The notes under the pieces are model-generated. The model was not told where the DNA came from, searched no databases, and was given only the letters and a program-made list of their open reading frames with translations. Source: an uncultured Nitrososphaerota archaeon (lineage in GTDB: Archaea; Korarchaeota; Korarchaeia; Korarchaeales; Korarchaeaceae). From it: a stretch of 43,056 nt of DNA. The DNA lies in the NCBI GenBank assembly GCA_964618805.1, contig CAZUBM010000019.1, positions 1 through 43,056 on the forward strand. The letters are read 5' to 3'. Below are positions 26,214-34,621 of the stretch, piece after piece. Positions within the stretch are counted from its first letter, which is position 1. Each line of letters opens with the position of its first letter. Position numbers and translations under genes: made by a program.

Positions 26214-27422
26214 CTAGTAAAGAAGATAGTCCTGTCTTTCCATCTGGAACTCCTCAGAGGAAATCTTCGCTTCATCATAAAGCTCAAACGGGTCAGATCC
26301 TTCTTGAAGGGCTTTCCTAACCTTATCGGTGCCAGCAAGGCAGTCGAAATAGTATCCTCCTTTAGGTCTTCTCATCCACTCAAACTTATCCGGGTTCTCG
26401 CTCATTACCTCACTTAACAAACAAAGAGCTACTAGAAACGGTTTAAAGGTTTCTCTATCTGTTATATGCAATTGAACGCCTCTACACTCCTTTCCAGTGT
26501 ATTTAGAGAAGGTAGGCACAAATCTTGCCTCTCTGAAGAGCACTCCCTCTAGGTCAAGGTCTCTAAGCCTATTGACCAATTCCCTCCCATCTATCCAAGG
26601 AGCTCCTACTATTTCAAATGGTCTAGTTGTTCCTCTTCCTTCGGAAATGTTAGTTCCTTCGAGAAGAACCATTCCAGAGTACACCAAAGCTGTGTCCAAA
26701 GTAGGAATGTTTGGAGACGGCAGGACCCATGGAAGTCCTGTTTGATCAAACCACATACTCCTTTCCCAGCCCTTCATAGTTACAACCCTTAGATCGGCTC
26801 CTATTCCATGCTTTTCGTTGAAGAACAAAGCTAGCTCTCCAATAGTCATTCCATGCCTCATAGCTACAGGTAGCATGCCCACAAATGACCTAAACTTCAT
26901 GTCAAGGACATAGCCCTCAACCTTCAAGCCATTAATTGGGTTTGGCCTATCTAGAACTATGTAAAGCTTGTCAAGCTTTGCTGAGGCTTCCATGCTTAAA
27001 GCCATAGTCCATATATAGGTGTAAACTCTAGTTCCAACGTCCTGAACATCAAATATAAGAGCCTCCACGTCTTCCAAACTCTCTGTTAGAGGAGCTCTGG
27101 CTTCTTTAGCCAGAATCGAGTCTACCACATACTCTGGCCCCTTTGCTTGACCAACTGGCCTATAAAGGCTTTTTATGGGAACACCTGTCTCTTCATCAAA
27201 TTCATCTTCTACATATTCACCCGCCTGCAAAGATCCCCAAAAGCCGTGTTCTGGTGCAAAGATTGCGACTAGATCAACGTTTGCTCTTGAAACCAGCAGG
27301 TCCTTTAAATGAACGAGTTTAGAATTAACTGCCGTATAGTTCGTAATGATACCTACCTTCATGCCCTCAATCAGGTTTATTTCCTTCTGAAAGAAGACCT
27401 CCAGACCTGTCTTAACCTTCAT
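26214..27422 (-). CDS. namZ: Exo-beta-N-acetylmuramidase NamZ (DUF1343/YbbC family)
   Basis: FAPEHGF.G, FDVQDVGTRVYTY, LDRPNPI, RHGMTIGELA, PSPNIP and EGTN.SEGRGTTRPFE..GAP. Confidence 0.9.
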   Translation of the reverse strand: MKVKTGLEVFFQKEINLIEGMKVGIITNYTAVNSKLVHLKDLLVSRANVDLVAIFAPEHGFWGSLQAGEYVEDEFDEETGVPIKSLYRPVGQAKGPEYVVDSILAKEARAPLTESLEDVEALIFDVQDVGTRVYTYIWTMALSMEASAKLDKLYIVLDRPNPINGLKVEGYVLDMKFRSFVGMLPVAMRHGMTIGELALFFNEKHGIGADLRVVTMKGWERSMWFDQTGLPWVLPSPNIPTLDTALVYSGMVLLEGTNISEGRGTTRPFEIVGAPWIDGRELVNRLRDLDLEGVLFREARFVPTFSKYTGKECRGVQLHITDRETFKPFLVALCLLSEVMSENPDKFEWMRRPKGGYYFDCLAGTDKVRKALQEGSDPFELYDEAKISSEEFQMERQDYLLY

Positions 27423-27426
27423 ATCC

Positions 27427-29058
27427 CTAAACCCCCGGGATAATCCCGTGTCCCCTCGGGAACATTCCTTGTATGGAAACAGGAAGTTTTCCTTTTGGCT
27501 TGATTTTTCCTAACAAAACATCAATCAAAGCTTCTTGCATCGGTTCATGATAGTCATATGTTACTAAATGATTTTTAACCTCAGGAAAGGCCAGTATGTC
27601 ATATGGAGTTCCAAGCGAGATTACAATAAGGCATTTGTCCTTCTTATCAACAAGTTCATTTAGCTTTCTCACCAACTTAACCTCCTCGGGATACCTTAGA
27701 GCCTCCCACGTACAAATGATGATAAAATCGGCCTTCAAAACGTGCTTAGTGGATCCTTCCAACACCTCCTCTGCTATCTCCTCTTCAAAAAAGATTTCCT
27801 CAACATCAACTCCCTTAGACGCCATTTTTTCGCCTATGGTTGAGGAACTCTCTCCAGTTTCAGTGAGTTTCTTTATTCTCTTGGGGCACACGACTAATGC
27901 TTTGGATAAACCTTCTCTCACCATTGGAAGACATCTTCCATTCAACTTAACTAGAGTGATCGATTCCTCACATATCCTCTTTTCCAAATCAAAGAATTTT
28001 TCAAAGTTCGGCCTCTCCTTCTTCGCCATAGAAGTTCTCTTCTTCAGATTCATGATCCTTAGGAGGGATTCTGCTATCCTCTCCTTCGAGAGATCCCCCC
28101 TCTTGACAGCCTTTATAACAAAATCGATTGCAGCCATTTGCTCCTCAAAATCCCTGCATATCAGAGCCATGTCTTCCCCGGCCTTTATTGCAAGCAAGCA
28201 TGCTTCAGCCAGCGAGTAACTCTTGCTAACAGCCCCCATAAGTAGATCATCTGACAAAACTGCTCCACGAAAACCAAGCTCTCCCCTCAAAGTTCCTTCT
28301 ATTACCTTTCTTGATAGAGTAGCAGGCATTTCTGGATCTATTCCTGGTACTACGACATGGGAAGGCATTATGGCCTCCACACCCTCATCTATTGCCTCTA
28401 TAAAGGGGAGAAATTCTCTCTCCCAGAGAACATCTAATGGAATGTCTAAGACAGGGAGATCGACATGTGGATCTATCGAAGCGGCCCCTATTCCTGGAAA
28501 ATGCTTGGCGACAGCTATAACCCCCGATTTCCTTAATCCAGCTATCATGGCTCTTCCCATTTTTGATACATAAATTGGATCATCTCCAAAGGACCTGACC
28601 CCTATTGATGGGTTCGTCTTATCAAGTATTATGTCAAGAACAGGGGCCAAGTTTACATTAATCCCAAACCACCTTAGCTGCTCTCCAATAGCCTTGCCTA
28701 CAGAGTAGGCTTTTTTCAGCGAATAAGTTGCTCCTAAAGCCATGTTTCCCGGAAAAACCGCAAATCCTTTCCTTATCCTTGCAACTAGGCCCCCTTCTTG
28801 ATCTATTGAGATTAGAAGAGGCGTTCCGGTCAACCTAATGGAAAGTTCGTTTGCCTCGGATATTAGTTCCCTTAACTGTTCCCCTGAATCTACATTTCTC
28901 GAGAAAATTATTATCCCTCCAGGTTTCAGCTCTTCTAATAGTTCCTTTAGCCCTTCCTCCATCTTCTTTCCATTAAAACCTAGCATAAAGAGCTGACTCA
29001 CTCTGTCCTTTAACGACATCTTCGAAACAGACCTTACTGGATCCCAAATCTCACTCAA
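27427..29058 (-). CDS. nagZ: Beta-N-acetylglucosaminidase NagZ (GH3, two-domain)
   Basis: IDQEGG.V.R, APVLD, RSFG.DP, KHFPG.G....DPH (Asp-His dyad) and SDDL.M nucleophile. Confidence 0.9.
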   Translation of the reverse strand: MSEIWDPVRSVSKMSLKDRVSQLFMLGFNGKKMEEGLKELLEELKPGGIIIFSRNVDSGEQLRELISEANELSIRLTGTPLLISIDQEGGLVARIRKGFAVFPGNMALGATYSLKKAYSVGKAIGEQLRWFGINVNLAPVLDIILDKTNPSIGVRSFGDDPIYVSKMGRAMIAGLRKSGVIAVAKHFPGIGAASIDPHVDLPVLDIPLDVLWEREFLPFIEAIDEGVEAIMPSHVVVPGIDPEMPATLSRKVIEGTLRGELGFRGAVLSDDLLMGAVSKSYSLAEACLLAIKAGEDMALICRDFEEQMAAIDFVIKAVKRGDLSKERIAESLLRIMNLKKRTSMAKKERPNFEKFFDLEKRICEESITLVKLNGRCLPMVREGLSKALVVCPKRIKKLTETGESSSTIGEKMASKGVDVEEIFFEEEIAEEVLEGSTKHVLKADFIIICTWEALRYPEEVKLVRKLNELVDKKDKCLIVISLGTPYDILAFPEVKNHLVTYDYHEPMQEALIDVLLGKIKPKGKLPVSIQGMFPRGHGIIPGV

Positions 29059-29066
29059 ATCGACAC

Positions 29067-30167
29067 CTACCTCTTCACTATAGATCCAGCAACAGCGTTG
29101 TGGAACAAAGGCCTGAACTTAAGGATCATCTCGTTCTCCCTCGTTGGATGGACCCTATTAGTTAGAAGGATGACCAAGAGCTTCAACTTAGGATCAATCC
29201 ATATCGATGTGCCTGTAAAGCCTGTATGACCATATGCCTTCATGGAGAGCAAGTCTCCGCTCGAAGTGACACCTCTTGAGTTAATCAGCCAGCCTAAACC
29301 CCTTCTGGCTCCCAGACCTTTAGTATGGTTCTTTGTCATCTTCTTAACGGTTAGAGGGCTAAGTATCCTGACATCGTCGTACTTCCCCAAATTTAAGAAC
29401 ATCTGAGCGAATATTGCTGCGTCAAAAGCCTTTGAGAAAAGGCCTGCATGTCCTGCTACCCCGCCAAGCGCAAATGCTCTTTCATCGTGTACCTCACCAA
29501 TGAGAACCCTGCCTCTCCACTTACAAAATTCTGTAGCAGCTATCCTCCCCTTAAGGTGATCTGGAGGATTGAACATAGTATCTTCCATCCCTGAGGGGAG
29601 GAATATGTTCTCACGAGAGTAGACATCTAGAGGTTTTCCACTTACCTTCTTTACAATCTCGCCTAGTAGGATGTATCCCAAATCACTATATATTACTCTC
29701 CTTCCTGGCTCGCATAGTTGTTCTGAATTAAGAATAGCCTTAATGATGCCCTCTTTTCCAAGTTTGTGTACTGGTTTGAAAGGAGGAAGGCCCGAGGTGT
29801 GGGTTAGCAAGTGCCATATGGTAACCTCCTTGTAACGCCACTTTGCCTCTGGGAAGTAATCAATTACCCTTTCTTTGAGGGTTAGAGTACCCCTTTCAAC
29901 AAGGGTCATTATTGAAGTTGCAGTTGCCATTACCTTCGTCATGGAAGCCATGTCGAATATGGTGTCCTTTGTCATCTCTCTCGTAAAAGGCGTCTTAACA
30001 GCATAACCAAACGCTTCATGAGCTACTATGACTCCTTTTCTCGCTATCAAATAAACAGCTCCTGGAAAAGCTCCTTTGTTGATCCAGTCAAGGGTTAGCT
30101 CTTTTAGACGTTTTAGTCTTGCTGGATCCATACCAACATCTTCTGGGGAGCCATATTCTAACTTCAT
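29067..30167 (-). CDS. amiE: Beta-lactamase-fold serine hydrolase, AmiE/YbbE-like (MurNAc-L-Ala amidase candidate)
   Basis: SxxK (ASMTK), LLTHTSG, YSD.GY, GEVHD..A..LGG.AGHAGLFS, GHTGFTGTS and LTNRVHP. It lies directly upstream of nagZ-namZ. Confidence 0.72.
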   Translation of the reverse strand: MKLEYGSPEDVGMDPARLKRLKELTLDWINKGAFPGAVYLIARKGVIVAHEAFGYAVKTPFTREMTKDTIFDMASMTKVMATATSIMTLVERGTLTLKERVIDYFPEAKWRYKEVTIWHLLTHTSGLPPFKPVHKLGKEGIIKAILNSEQLCEPGRRVIYSDLGYILLGEIVKKVSGKPLDVYSRENIFLPSGMEDTMFNPPDHLKGRIAATEFCKWRGRVLIGEVHDERAFALGGVAGHAGLFSKAFDAAIFAQMFLNLGKYDDVRILSPLTVKKMTKNHTKGLGARRGLGWLINSRGVTSSGDLLSMKAYGHTGFTGTSIWIDPKLKLLVILLTNRVHPTRENEMILKFRPLFHNAVAGSIVKR

Positions 30168-30228
30168 CAGTACCCTTCATTTCGCTCATCGGAAACTATT
30201 AAGTGATCTCTGGTCGCTGAATCCTTAC

Positions 30229-30996
30229 ATGGTTGACAGAGTGTTGTTTGATGTTGACGGGGTTTTAATTCGAAATCCATACAAGAAACTAATATTTCCT
30301 GAAGTAGCTCGAAGGCTAGTTGAAAAAGAGAAAGTTCAAGAATTTGTAGGCCTGATGATGAAGGAAAGCATTAGAAGGATAAGAGAAGGCAAGTTGGTCG
30401 ACGCATACAACTGGGATGACATAGTTAGAGCTGTAAGTAGGAGGATAGGTGTTAAGGGTAATGTGTCGGTAGCAAACGTCGTCGTAGAGGTTTGTTCGTC
30501 CACTGCTAAAATAGAAGCCTATCCAGATGCCATTCCAACTCTTTTAGAGCTTAAAAGCAAAGGGATTGAGCTTATCGCCTTGACTAACGGATTCTATGAT
30601 ATAGTAACTCCAGTTATGAGGAAAGCCGGAGTATTAGAGCTATTAGATGATTTAATAACACCGGACAAAGTTGGTGCTGCAAAGCCCTCTTTGAAAATCT
30701 TTCTAGTTGCAAGCGAAGGTGCGATGGAGCCTCTCTTTGTTGGGGACAATGTTTCAGTAGACATATGCGGAGCGAATTTTGCTGGCATATCTTCTGTTTT
30801 GTTATGGAGAGAGCTTCCAGAAGAGCTAAGTGTGGATCCTAAGGAGAGAGCAGCTAAAGCTAACGCTCTCGGATTAATTCAAGAGAAGCTGATGAGTGAA
30901 AGCACCTCTTTTTTAGCGCTATCGCAGACATGTGTTCCAGACTTCTTAATTCGAAGTCTAAAAGAGTTGATCCGAATAGTTGAGAGAATCAATTAG
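30229..30996 (+). CDS. HAD-superfamily hydrolase
   Basis: FDVDGVL (motif I), LTNG, KP and VGDN...DI.GA..AG. Start set at ATG 30229 because the longer ORF overlaps the amiE-like gene. Confidence 0.85.
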   Translation: MVDRVLFDVDGVLIRNPYKKLIFPEVARRLVEKEKVQEFVGLMMKESIRRIREGKLVDAYNWDDIVRAVSRRIGVKGNVSVANVVVEVCSSTAKIEAYPDAIPTLLELKSKGIELIALTNGFYDIVTPVMRKAGVLELLDDLITPDKVGAAKPSLKIFLVASEGAMEPLFVGDNVSVDICGANFAGISSVLLWRELPEELSVDPKERAAKANALGLIQEKLMSESTSFLALSQTCVPDFLIRSLKELIRIVERIN

Positions 30997-31001
30997 CTCT
31001 G

Positions 31002-31190
31002 TTAGGGAAACTTCTTTGAAGCCTGCTCTCCACCAGAACCCCAGTTCTCTTTGGGTATGTCGTGTATTATGATAGTTACGGCCGAAGCTGGTACTCCAAC
31101 ATCTTCAAAGGCCTTTGTTATACCCTTTATCACCTTCTCCTTTAAGGATACCTCCCTACCAGCCCACCAAAACACGTGAACTACAGGCAT
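31002..31190 (-). CDS. 4-oxalocrotonate tautomerase-family protein
   Basis: 62 aa with catalytic Pro after Met, GR...K..VI..IT and V.III.D.P.ENWG.GG. Confidence 0.88.
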   Translation of the reverse strand: MPVVHVFWWAGREVSLKEKVIKGITKAFEDVGVPASAVTIIIHDIPKENWGSGGEQASKKFP

Positions 31191-31406
31191 ACAGGTCTAT
31201 GAATGAGCTTATAGCAGATACTTTAAACATTAATTCTAAAACTGGCGAATGAGACAAAGCTAGCCTAACTAGAGCTTAGTTAGTGCTGCTAAGAACAGTT
31301 TTTACAAAGATTCTCGCGTAAGACGATAGAGGAATTCTTTGAGAGGAATGTAAGACCTACACTCATTATTAATCTGTAACTTCTTACATTCTCATGAAGA
31401 GGAACG

Positions 31407-32381
31407 TTGAAGTTATTAGCTGGAATTGATGGCGGCGGAAGCAAGACTTTAGCTCTGATTGCAAATCATCAAGGTATAGTAATAGGCAGAGGGTCAGCTG
31501 GTCCTTCAAACCCTAATTTGGTCGGGATTAAAGGATCAGTTCAGAACATTAAGTCTGCTTTAATGGAGGCAATGGGCTTAAGCAAATTGAAGAGGATTAG
31601 CATCGCGGTTTTAGGAGTTGCTGGATCAGAAACTCAGAAAAAGCTTGTAGAAGAACTAACCAGATCTTTGGATTTTGTAGATCGGGTTGAGGTAATGAAT
31701 GACTCTTTCATATGCTTGGCAGCTGGAACATTGGGCAAGCCAGGCGTTGTAGTGGTCGCAGGAACTGGATCCATAACTCTGGCTCTTGACGATGAGGGGA
31801 AAGTAGCCAGAGCGGGAGGCTGGGGTTACTTACTGGAGGATGAGGGAAGCGGGTTTCAGCTCGGGAGAGAAGCTGTCCTAGAAACCTTAAGGTTCTTAGA
31901 AGGGAGAGCCGCCTACAGCAAACTTGTAGATGCGGTGCTCGAAAAATTGGAAGCAAAGGAGGTAAGTGACCTGCTATCATCAATATACGTATGCGAGAAC
32001 CCAGTCTTGATTCTTGCATCTCTCGCACCTCTTGTGGTCAAGCTTGCCGAGGGAGGAGATTCAGCTGCTATGAGAATAGTTAAAAAGGCTACAGAAGGAC
32101 TTGCCTCTTGTGTGGCATCGGTGATCTCTCGTTCCTCCTTTAGCTCGAGACCAATACCCGTGGTGCTCAGTGGAGGAGTTTTCAGCGGATCAAGCATCTT
32201 CCTGAAGACATTTAAGTTAAAGCTTAGCAAGCTAGTTCCAGATGCGGATGCAAGGCTTCTTAAGCTAGAACCGGTAGTCGGAGCGTTGATCCTAGCTTTT
32301 AAAAAAGCAGAACTTCTTAACGATCAGATTCTCAATAATTTGTTAGAATCCTATCGAAACGAAAGGAGGCAACCTTTATGA
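31407..32381 (+). CDS. BadF/BadG/BcrA/BcrD-family sugar kinase (GlcNAc/MurNAc kinase, MurK-like)
   Basis: GIDGGGSKT, ND, AGTGS and GGWG.LL.DEGSG. It overlaps murQ by 4 bp. Confidence 0.85.
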   Translation: MKLLAGIDGGGSKTLALIANHQGIVIGRGSAGPSNPNLVGIKGSVQNIKSALMEAMGLSKLKRISIAVLGVAGSETQKKLVEELTRSLDFVDRVEVMNDSFICLAAGTLGKPGVVVVAGTGSITLALDDEGKVARAGGWGYLLEDEGSGFQLGREAVLETLRFLEGRAAYSKLVDAVLEKLEAKEVSDLLSSIYVCENPVLILASLAPLVVKLAEGGDSAAMRIVKKATEGLASCVASVISRSSFSSRPIPVVLSGGVFSGSSIFLKTFKLKLSKLVPDADARLLKLEPVVGALILAFKKAELLNDQILNNLLESYRNERRQPL

Positions 32382-33235
32382 AAAGAGAAAAAGGCGAATC
32401 AGAAATCATGAAGGAACTAAAACGCCTTATATCAGAGAAAAGGCATCCTAAAACAGTGAACATAGATGAACTCAGCACAATGGAGATCCTAAGGATAATA
32501 AACGAGGAGGACAAGAAGGTGGCCTATGCTGTCGAGAAGGTACTGAAATCTGTAGAAAAAGCTGTAGAGGAGTACGTAAGAGCATTAAGGTCAGGAGGAA
32601 GGGTCTTCTATGTTGGTGCTGGAACTAGCGGAAGACTAGGAGTTATCGATGCTGCAGAGCTAATACCTACTTTCGGAATGGAGGAAGGGAGGGTTCAGGC
32701 CATCATTGCAGGGGGACCTGAGGCAATGTTCAGGCCTAAGGAGGGTGCTGAAGACGATGAGTTGGTTGGAGAGGAGGAGATGTTGAAGAGAGGGGTTAGT
32801 GAGAAGGACTTTGTTATAGGTCTGTCTGCCAGTGGAAGGACACCATTTGTGATAGGAGCCCTTAGGAAGGCGAGAGAGCTTGGAGCAAAAACCGCAATAA
32901 TCTCGGTAAATCCAGAATGCAAGGCTGGTAAATATGCTGATATCAAGATAATACCGATAGTTGGCGAAGAGGTCATCGCGGGTTCCACTAGGATGAAAGC
33001 AGGCACAGCCGAAAAGATGTTGCTAACGATGATGAGCACCGCTGCCATGATAAGGCTCGGTAGGGTGAAAAGCAATCTAATGGTAAATCTGCTTCCACTC
33101 AGTAGGAAATTGAGGGAAAGGGCAAAGAGGATCGTCATGGAAGCTACTGGTGTAGGATATGAGGAAGCTACTAAGATGCTGGAAAAAACAGGATATGACG
33201 TCGAAAAAGCCATAGAACTGATTAAATCCAACTGA
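32378..33235 (+). CDS. murQ: N-acetylmuramic acid 6-phosphate etherase
   Basis: IN.ED..V, YVGAGTSGRLG.IDAAE..PTFG, EGAED, SASG.TP, GSTRMKAGTA.K and NLMV...KL..RA.RI. Confidence 0.92.
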   Translation: MKREKGESEIMKELKRLISEKRHPKTVNIDELSTMEILRIINEEDKKVAYAVEKVLKSVEKAVEEYVRALRSGGRVFYVGAGTSGRLGVIDAAELIPTFGMEEGRVQAIIAGGPEAMFRPKEGAEDDELVGEEEMLKRGVSEKDFVIGLSASGRTPFVIGALRKARELGAKTAIISVNPECKAGKYADIKIIPIVGEEVIAGSTRMKAGTAEKMLLTMMSTAAMIRLGRVKSNLMVNLLPLSRKLRERAKRIVMEATGVGYEEATKMLEKTGYDVEKAIELIKSN

Positions 33236-33279
33236 AGAGAATCAAGCAATAACATCCAGGAAATGGCCTGGATGGCCAT

Positions 33280-33295
33280 TATCCGGTATCGGTTT
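33280..33295. promoter_or_regulatory. Operator candidate TATCCG-gtat-CGGTTT upstream of the ModE-like regulator
   Basis: First 13 nt match the tupA-upstream inverted repeat at 12 positions. It directly abuts an AT-rich TATA-like stretch about 30 nt before ATG 33327. Confidence 0.5.
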
Positions 33296-33326
33296 ATTTA
33301 TGTATGCAGGGCATTTCTACTACTGA

Positions 33327-34415
33327 ATGTCAGAACTACCAAAGGGTCTGATACCAAGAGTTGAAGTAAAACTCGAACTAAAGGGAAAAGCTATACTCAA
33401 TGATAGAATAGCAGCTGTCTTGGAGGGAATTGAGAAGTATGGATCTCTTCTTGCAGCCTCCAGGCGATCTGGCATTCCCTACTCAAGGGCTTGGGATGGC
33501 ATAGCTAAGCTTGAGAGAATCCTAGGTGACAAGGTCATCGAGCCCAAGAAGGGTGGGAGGAAGGGAGGAGGAGCAAAACTAACCCCACTAGGAAAAGCAA
33601 TCTTGGAAGAGTACCGCAGAATCAGGGCGAGAGTTGATAGGTGCGTCGAAGGCATTGCAAAGGGTATTTTAACTATAAAAAGCCTTCCAGATCTAGCCAT
33701 AGCAGGAAGCAACGATCATGCTCTAGAAATTTTGGTAGGATTGTTGAGAGAGAAATATCCCGAGATAGATGTTGAAATAGCTTGGATAGGATCTGCTGGA
33801 GGTCTTGCCTCTTTAATGTTAGAAGAAGCTGATATAGCGGGCGTTCATCTGCTTGATTTGGCTACAGGAACCTATAACTTACCCTATCTTGAAAAATACT
33901 GGTTGAATGGAAGAGTTAGGGTAATTAGAGGCTACAAGAGAGAAATAGGTCTAATAAGCAGGCCAGAAAACAGAGTTGAGGACATCAGCCTTCTTTTCGA
34001 GAGTAATCTGAAGTTCATCAATCGAAATCTGGGATCAGGGACTAGGGTTTTGCTGGAGTCCATCTTAATCAAGAAAGCTAAAGAGCGTGGAATTGATCCA
34101 AGCACCCTAAAAAAGAGGATAAGAGGGTTTGAAAGGGAAGTCAAGACACATATTGATGTAGCTAGAGCTGTTGCCAGAGGAGAAGCTGATGTTGGAGTAG
34201 CTCTAAGGTATGCAGCTGAAATCTACGGATTAAGTTTTACTCCCCTCGTTTGGGAGGATTATGATTTCGTTATATTGGAGTCAAGAATGGCAAAAAGTTC
34301 TGTAGAAGCCTTTTTCTCCATATTTTGTTCTAAAGAATTCAAAAGCTCCCTAGAAAATCTTTCAGGATATCAAATTCCATCTGATATGGGTCAGACCATC
34401 TACAAGCCTACTTGA
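33327..34415 (+). CDS. ModE-like wHTH fused to a periplasmic-binding-fold (molybdate/tungstate-sensing) domain; transcription regulator
   Basis: ModE N-terminus L..I..YGSL..A.R..GI.YSRAW..I..LE...G..GG..GGGA.LT. PBP-like domain GS.D, GS.GGL, AG.HL.D, FINRN.GSGTR and H..VA.AV..G.AD.G. Confidence 0.85.
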   Translation: MSELPKGLIPRVEVKLELKGKAILNDRIAAVLEGIEKYGSLLAASRRSGIPYSRAWDGIAKLERILGDKVIEPKKGGRKGGGAKLTPLGKAILEEYRRIRARVDRCVEGIAKGILTIKSLPDLAIAGSNDHALEILVGLLREKYPEIDVEIAWIGSAGGLASLMLEEADIAGVHLLDLATGTYNLPYLEKYWLNGRVRVIRGYKREIGLISRPENRVEDISLLFESNLKFINRNLGSGTRVLLESILIKKAKERGIDPSTLKKRIRGFEREVKTHIDVARAVARGEADVGVALRYAAEIYGLSFTPLVWEDYDFVILESRMAKSSVEAFFSIFCSKEFKSSLENLSGYQIPSDMGQTIYKPT

Positions 34416-34621
34416 GATTCAAACTAATAACGAACGAAAAGTAGTTCTTATCGAAACTGTTAAAGTCATAGTTTTAATATTACAACTAATTTTATAATAG
34501 TTAAAGACTCAACATTCTTCTCGTTAATCCCAAGGTCTGACTTCTAAAACAATTTTCTCAATCTGTTTTAAATAAGAATTGCTCTACTGGGACAATTGGT
34601 TCATTTCTAGGTGTATAAGTG

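Noticed and set aside
27596-28573. Plus-strand ORFs of 207 and 116 aa
   Set aside because: They are Ser-rich antisense shadows of nagZ.
29067-30167. Beta-lactamase (antibiotic resistance) call
   Set aside because: The fold is shared, but context with nagZ/namZ and the GEVHD/GHAGLFS motifs favour an AmiE-type amidase.
32695-33279. 194-aa minus-strand ORF
   Set aside because: It is an antisense shadow of murQ.
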